A stretch of DNA of 64,000 nt from Ignavibacteriales bacterium (GTDB lineage Bacteria; Bacillota_I; Bacilli_A; RF39; UBA660): assembly GCA_050259235.1 (NCBI GenBank), contig JBLNAG010000001.1:160010-224009 (forward strand). Direction: 5' to 3'. Shown piece by piece: positions 58,488-64,000 of this stretch. Every line of letters begins with the position of its first letter. Position 1 is the stretch's first letter. The notes under the pieces are model-generated. The model had not been told where the DNA came from, did not search any database, and saw only the letters and a list, made by a program, of their open reading frames with translations. Both the position numbers and the translations under genes were made by a program.

Positions 58488-60407
58488 ATGAAAACAAAGT
58501 ATAAATTTATTATCTTAATTGTCTTAGCTTGTGCATTATCAATTTTAATATATGACAATGTTGAAAAATTTAAACCAATTAGTGAAAGTCAAGATATTTT
58601 GAATAAACAACTTGTACTTGAAGAAGATTTTATAGGTGATACAAATTATACAGTAGAAGATCCTAAAATTATTGTTAACCCTTATGGAATATCTCCATTA
58701 ACAGCACTAGTAATATTTGAAACAAATGATTTTACTAGTCCAACTGTTACAATAAAAGGAAAAGATGAGAACACTACTTATACTAATACTTTTAAAACCA
58801 GTAATGTTCATATCTTACCTATTTATGGATTATATGCTAATAGTAATAATGAAGTAATTATTACTGTAAATGAAGTTGATTATAAAGTTAATATAAAAAC
58901 AGATCCTCTACCAAATGATATTATCTTGCCTGAATATACTAAAGCAGATAAGAGTAATTTAAATAATGAATTATACTTTTTTACTAATACAACAAATGGT
59001 TATACTGTAGCGTATGATATCAATGGTGATATAAGATGGTATGTAACTGAACCATTTAATTGGGATATTACTAGATTAAATAATGGACATTTATTATTAA
59101 GTAGTAATCGTTTAATTAATCCTCCTTATTATTCTATTGGATTAGTTGAAATTGATTTGTTAGGCAAAGTATATTTTGAATATACTCTACCTGGTGGATA
59201 TCATCATGATACTTATGAAATGGAAAATGGTAATTTATTAGTTTCAACCAATAATTTTGAAGATAATACTGTAGAAGATTATATCGTTGAAATAGATCGT
59301 AAAACTGGTGAAATAGTTAAAAAAATTAATTTAAAAGATATATTACCTATTGATCAAGGACTTAATCAATATGCTGTAGCTTATGATTGGTTTCACAATA
59401 CTTCAGTATGGTATGATAAGAAAACAAATTCTATTACCCTATCAGGTAGAAATCAAGATGCTATTGTAAATATTAATTATGATACTTTAAAAATTGATTG
59501 GATTATAGGTGATCCATCTGATTGGAATAAAGATATGCAAAAATATTTCTTTAAACCAACAAATAATTTAGAATGGCCATGGGCTAGCCATGCTGCAATG
59601 ATTTTACCTAACGGTAACCTATTTGTTTTTGATAATGGTAACAATCGTTCAAAGAAATATGAAGAATATGTTAAACCTGAAAACAATTATAGTCGTGGTG
59701 TAATATATAAATATAATACTAATAATATGACTATTGAAGAAGTATGGTCATATGGCAAAACAAGAGGTTCTGACTTCTATTCTCCAGATTTGTCTGATGT
59801 AGATTATTTAGGAAAAAATCATTACTTAATTCATTCTGGTGGTCATAATAAAGTTGATGGATATGTTTCAAATGTACCTGCTGAAGATGAAAATGCTATT
59901 CTAAGTAGTACAACTGTTGAATTATTAAATGATAAAGTAATATTTGAAATTAAATTTCCAACTAATTACTATCATGTAGAAAAATTAAGTTTATATGCTA
60001 ATGATGAATATCAACCTGGTATTGGATACCGCCTAGGTAAACTTGATAAAACACCTACTGATCAAAATAACTTAGTATTATTAAATAAAAACGCTGATGA
60101 TATAATTAAAAAATATAATATTAGTGTTACTGAAGAAGTAGATCGTTTAGCTGTAAGTGGTAATTTTAAACCACAAGATGATGTTAAAATTATTCTAGAT
60201 AATTTATTTTCTAAAAAAACATATAATATGACTATATCTAAAAAACCATATACTTCAATATGTGTTGATACTTACTGTGAAGAAGAACAAACAAATGGTA
60301 TATCAATAACTAAATATATTAATAATGAAGGTTTAAGTGGTAAATACTACATTTATATAAAAATAAATGGTACAGTATATGATTTAAATAAATATATAAT
60401 TTTCTAA
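58488..60407 (+). CDS. Aryl-sulfate sulfotransferase-like beta-propeller protein
   Basis: NPYGISPLTA, HILPIYGLY, YHHD, DWFH, FDNG; N-terminal TM. Confidence 0.85.
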   Translation: MKTKYKFIILIVLACALSILIYDNVEKFKPISESQDILNKQLVLEEDFIGDTNYTVEDPKIIVNPYGISPLTALVIFETNDFTSPTVTIKGKDENTTYTNTFKTSNVHILPIYGLYANSNNEVIITVNEVDYKVNIKTDPLPNDIILPEYTKADKSNLNNELYFFTNTTNGYTVAYDINGDIRWYVTEPFNWDITRLNNGHLLLSSNRLINPPYYSIGLVEIDLLGKVYFEYTLPGGYHHDTYEMENGNLLVSTNNFEDNTVEDYIVEIDRKTGEIVKKINLKDILPIDQGLNQYAVAYDWFHNTSVWYDKKTNSITLSGRNQDAIVNINYDTLKIDWIIGDPSDWNKDMQKYFFKPTNNLEWPWASHAAMILPNGNLFVFDNGNNRSKKYEEYVKPENNYSRGVIYKYNTNNMTIEEVWSYGKTRGSDFYSPDLSDVDYLGKNHYLIHSGGHNKVDGYVSNVPAEDENAILSSTTVELLNDKVIFEIKFPTNYYHVEKLSLYANDEYQPGIGYRLGKLDKTPTDQNNLVLLNKNADDIIKKYNISVTEEVDRLAVSGNFKPQDDVKIILDNLFSKKTYNMTISKKPYTSICVDTYCEEEQTNGISITKYINNEGLSGKYYIYIKINGTVYDLNKYIIF

Positions 60408-60422
60408 CAAAAAAAGACTTAT

Positions 60423-62171
60423 CTAATAAGTCTTTTTTAATGTAATTCCTAATTCATCTAATTGCATAGTTGAAACAGTATTTGGTGCTTCTGTCATTAA
60501 ACATGATGCACTAGCTGTTTTAGGGAATGCAACAACATCTTTAATATTATCAGTATTACATAATAACATTACTAATCTTTCAAGTCCTAAAGCTATTCCG
60601 CCATGAGGTGGTGTTCCATACTTAAATGCATCAAGTAAGAATCCAAATTTTTCATTAGCTTCTTCTTCACTTAACCCTAAAGCAGCAAACATTTTACTTT
60701 GAGTATTCTTATTATGAATACGAATACTTCCGCCACCTAATTCATAACCATTTAAAATGATATCATAAGCTTTGGCATAGCATTTACCAGGATCAGATAA
60801 CATCTTATCAACATCCACATCCTTTGGTGCAGTAAATGGATGATGACATGCATAATATCTTTTATCTTCTTCACTATATTCAAATAATGGAAAATCTACT
60901 ACCCATAAAAAGTTGTATTTATTTTCATCAATTAAGTTCATATTGGAACCAACCTTTAAACGTAGATTACCTAAACTTGTCTTAGTTGTTTTATAATTAT
61001 CCGCAACAATTAAAATCAAGTCATTATCTTCAATATTTAATTTATCTTTTATAGCTTCAAGTTCTCTTTCAGTAACATTTTTTAAAATACTTCCAGTAAA
61101 TTCTTTATCATATTTTAACCATAATAAGTTATTGGCACGATATGTCTTAACAAATTCTGTTAAAGCATCAATATCTTTTCTTGAGCATTTATCAGCAGCA
61201 TCCTTAACTACTAAACAGTTAATAATACCATTATTATCAAGAACATTTCTAAATAAAGAAAATTCTGTATTACTAAATATTTCAGTTATATCATTAATTA
61301 ACATTTCAAATCTAGTATCTGGTTTATCACTACCATAAAGCTTAATAGCATCATCATATGTCATTCGATTAAATGGTATTTTAATATCAATATTTTTAAT
61401 ATCTTTAAATACTTTTACCATCATACCTTCTAACATATCTTGAATATCTTTTTCTTCAACAAAACTCATTTCGATATCCACTTGAGAGAATTCTGGTTGA
61501 CGGTCAGCTCTTAAATCTTCATCTCTAAAACATCTAGCAATTTGATAATATCTTTCAAATCCTGATACCATCAATAATTGTTTAAATATTTGTGGAGATT
61601 GAGGTAAAGCATAGAAATTACCCTTATTTACTCTAGATGGTACTAAATAGTCTCTTGCTCCTTCAGGAGTAGATTTACATAGTATTGGTGTTTCAATTTC
61701 AATAAAACTTATACTATTTAAATATTCTCTAACTGAAGCTGCAATTTTATGTCTTTCAATAATATTATTTCTTAAGTTTTTTCTTCTTAAATCTAAATAA
61801 CGATATTTTAATCTGGTATCTTCTAGAGCATTAGTTTCTTCCCCTATTTCAAATGGTATTTCAGTAGATTCATTTAAAATAACTAAATTAGTTACATCTA
61901 CTTCAATATCACCTGTTTCAAGATTACTATTTTTACCTTCTCTTTCTCTAATAATACCATCTACTTCAATAACATATTCATTTCTTATAGTTCCAGCTAA
62001 TTCATAGTCTTTATCTTCTGGTCTAACAACTAATTGGATAATTCCACTTCTATCTCTTAAATCGATAAAAATCAAACCACCTAAGTCTCTTTTCTTTTGA
62101 ACCCAACCTTTTAAATTAACTTGTTCTCCAATGTTATTTATATTTAATGAAGTATTAAATATTTTTTTCAT
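60423..62171 (-). CDS. aspS: Aspartate-tRNA ligase
   Basis: RDLGGLIFIDLRD, TPEGARDY, LPQSPQ, FRDEDLRADRQPEF, PPHGG. Confidence 0.97.
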   Translation of the reverse strand: MKKIFNTSLNINNIGEQVNLKGWVQKKRDLGGLIFIDLRDRSGIIQLVVRPEDKDYELAGTIRNEYVIEVDGIIREREGKNSNLETGDIEVDVTNLVILNESTEIPFEIGEETNALEDTRLKYRYLDLRRKNLRNNIIERHKIAASVREYLNSISFIEIETPILCKSTPEGARDYLVPSRVNKGNFYALPQSPQIFKQLLMVSGFERYYQIARCFRDEDLRADRQPEFSQVDIEMSFVEEKDIQDMLEGMMVKVFKDIKNIDIKIPFNRMTYDDAIKLYGSDKPDTRFEMLINDITEIFSNTEFSLFRNVLDNNGIINCLVVKDAADKCSRKDIDALTEFVKTYRANNLLWLKYDKEFTGSILKNVTERELEAIKDKLNIEDNDLILIVADNYKTTKTSLGNLRLKVGSNMNLIDENKYNFLWVVDFPLFEYSEEDKRYYACHHPFTAPKDVDVDKMLSDPGKCYAKAYDIILNGYELGGGSIRIHNKNTQSKMFAALGLSEEEANEKFGFLLDAFKYGTPPHGGIALGLERLVMLLCNTDNIKDVVAFPKTASASCLMTEAPNTVSTMQLDELGITLKKTY

Positions 62172-62179
62172 AATTCCTC

Positions 62180-63574
62180 CTAAAATTCACAATTACCATA
62201 AGTTCTTGGGAAAGGAATAACATCTCTAATATTATCAACACCTGTTAAGAATATTAATAATCTTTCAAATCCTAAACCAAATCCTGAATGAACACAACCA
62301 CCATATTTTCTCAAATTAAGATACCATTCTAATCCTTCTTGTTTAACATCTAGTTCATTCATTCTCTTAACTAATTTATCGTAATTTTCTTCTCTTTGAC
62401 TTCCACCCATTAATTCACCAGCTTTAGCAACTAATAAATCAACGGCCGCAACTGTTTTATTATTATTATCTAATTTCATATAAAAGGCTTTAATATCTTT
62501 TGGCCAATTAGTAATAAATACTGGTGTTTTAAAATGTACTTCTGTTAGATATTTTTCATGTTCTTTAGCAATATCTTGACCAAATACTGGTTCATTTTCA
62601 AATTCAACTCCAGAATTTTTTAATATCTCAATAGCCTTTTCATGGGTAACCTTATTAAATTTTCCTTTAACAATTGATTCCAATCTTTCAATTAAACCTT
62701 TTTCAACAAATTTATCTAAGAATTCCATTTCTTTACGAGCATTCTTTAATACATAACTAATAACATATTTTAAAAATTGTTCTTGAATTTTCATTAAACC
62801 TTTTAAATCACAAAAAGCAATTTCTGGTTCAATCATCCAGAATTCCGCTGCATGTATTTTAGTGTTAGATTTTTCAGCTCTAAATGTTGGACCAAATGTA
62901 TATATCTTGCGATAAGCAAGAGCAAAAGCTTCACCTTGTAATTGTCCAGTTACAGTAAGACCAACTTTTTTAGAGAAAAAGTCTTCACTGTAATCAATTT
63001 CTTTATTATCATTTAATGGAATATTTTTTAGATCCATTGTTGTTACCCTAAACATTTCTCCAGCACCTTCACCATCATTTGATGTAATTAAAGGTGTGTG
63101 AACATAAATATAATCATTCTTTTGAAAATAAGAATGAATAGCCATAGTAGCTACATTTCTTATTCTAAACATTGCACCAAATAAATTAGTACGAGGTCTA
63201 AGATAAGCTTGTTCTCTTAAATATTCTCTTGTATATCTTTGTGGTTGAATTGGAAAATCCTCAGGACAATCACCTAATAATTTTATATCATTAGCTTCTA
63301 TTTCTATTTCTTGACCATTACCTAAAGATTTAATTAATTTTCCTTTTACTTCAATACATGATCCAATATGAATTTTATTTAATTCTTCAAAGTTTTCATT
63401 CGTTTCATTATATACAATTTGAATACTATCAAAAACACTTCCATCATAAAAATCAATAAAAGCTACATTCTTTTGTTTACGATGATTTTTTACCCATCCA
63501 CCAATAATAACTTCTTTATTTTCATACTTTTTTACATCTTTTAAAATTGTTTTTAATGTAATGATTTTACTCAT
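62180..63574 (-). CDS. asnS: Asparagine-tRNA ligase
   Basis: LRPRTN, EGAGEMF, GPTFRAEKS, EFWMIEPE, IKAFYM, GGSQRE. Confidence 0.96.
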   Translation of the reverse strand: MSKIITLKTILKDVKKYENKEVIIGGWVKNHRKQKNVAFIDFYDGSVFDSIQIVYNETNENFEELNKIHIGSCIEVKGKLIKSLGNGQEIEIEANDIKLLGDCPEDFPIQPQRYTREYLREQAYLRPRTNLFGAMFRIRNVATMAIHSYFQKNDYIYVHTPLITSNDGEGAGEMFRVTTMDLKNIPLNDNKEIDYSEDFFSKKVGLTVTGQLQGEAFALAYRKIYTFGPTFRAEKSNTKIHAAEFWMIEPEIAFCDLKGLMKIQEQFLKYVISYVLKNARKEMEFLDKFVEKGLIERLESIVKGKFNKVTHEKAIEILKNSGVEFENEPVFGQDIAKEHEKYLTEVHFKTPVFITNWPKDIKAFYMKLDNNNKTVAAVDLLVAKAGELMGGSQREENYDKLVKRMNELDVKQEGLEWYLNLRKYGGCVHSGFGLGFERLLIFLTGVDNIRDVIPFPRTYGNCEF

Positions 63575-64000
63575 TTTCCTCACCTATCATTTCATCCATG
63601 AAATCAATAATATCATCTATCTTAACTTTATATTCTTCTTTAGTAGTATTATTTTTCACGGTTAATATTTTACTACTTAATTCTTCTTCACCAATTATAA
63701 CGATATATTTACCATTTAAACGATCGGCTTGCTTAAAGTTTCCTTTTAAGTTACGATCCATATAATCCATATCAACACTAAAACCATTTAAACGTAAATT
63801 TTGAGTTAAACTAAAGGCAAATGCTTTTTCATTTTCACTCATTGGAATAATAAATAAATCTATTCCCTTATCATAACCTAAATCAATATTTTCAAATTCT
63901 AGAGCTGTTAATAATCTTTCCATTCCTAATGCAAAACCAACACCAGGAGTAGCTGGCCCATCCATTGTTTCAATTAAATTATTATATCTTCCACCACCAC
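63567..64000 (-). CDS. hisS: Histidine-tRNA ligase, 3' part (start outside window)
   Basis: GGGRY...PGVGFALGMERL and anticodon-binding domain; upstream of asnS/aspS. Confidence 0.92.
   Translation of the reverse strand, partial: GGGRYNNLIETMDGPATPGVGFALGMERLLTALEFENIDLGYDKGIDLFIIPMSENEKAFAFSLTQNLRLNGFSVDMDYMDRNLKGNFKQADRLNGKYIVIIGEEELSSKILTVKNNTTKEEYKVKIDDIIDFMDEMIGEENE

Noticed and set aside
1272-61338. Many short antisense or nested ORFs in the track (e.g. 1272, 2791, 6121, 11501, 14474, 28275, 41713, 52504, 55966, 61132)
   Set aside because: They lie opposite or inside well-supported genes, lack SD sites and show antisense-shadow composition
1-64000. CRISPR array, IS element or reverse transcriptase
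   Set aside because: No regularly spaced direct repeats, transposase motifs or YxDD RT ORF seen; intergenic gaps are too short
1-64000. Mycoplasma-type genetic code (TGA=Trp) suggested by low GC
   Set aside because: Conserved genes are full length under code 11, Trp is TGG, and TGA terminates genes such as ftsW and tadB

Overview
A very AT-rich (roughly three quarters A+T by eye) chromosomal segment of a low-GC Firmicute using the standard bacterial code (TGA is a stop). Gene content is consistent with a reduced-genome, spore-forming member of the Bacilli (RF39-like; taxonomy is inference). Most genes lie on the minus strand. Housekeeping content: divIB-murB-murG, uppP, murC, ftsW, glmS with its ribozyme, uppS-cdsA-rseP, rpsP-khpA, miaB, a degenerate RNase J, ppdK, tdk, xerC, comEA/EC, def, hisS-asnS-aspS and four solitary tRNAs. 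Sporulation markers: cotE, an asnO-type asparagine synthetase and a YjcZ-family peptide. No CRISPR array, transposase, phage module or reverse transcriptase was seen. The most interesting items are: (1) a Tad/Flp pilus locus whose TadB carries an N-terminal Ig-like module with no signal peptide, plus a Cys-pair Flp pilin; (2) a type IV prepilin ending in a CLec/DGR-target-like motif; (3) an accessory block between miaB and cotE with a transglutaminase-like Cys protease facing two diversified tandem paralogs; (4) an orphan ending in a beta-clamp-binding-like QLTLF motif upstream of xerC, whose promoter carries an SOS-like box; (5) a Trx plus CcdA-like/glutaredoxin fusion relay co-transcribed with a cysteine desulfurase; (6) a 21-bp-periodic operator array and two small ORFs missing from the supplied track.
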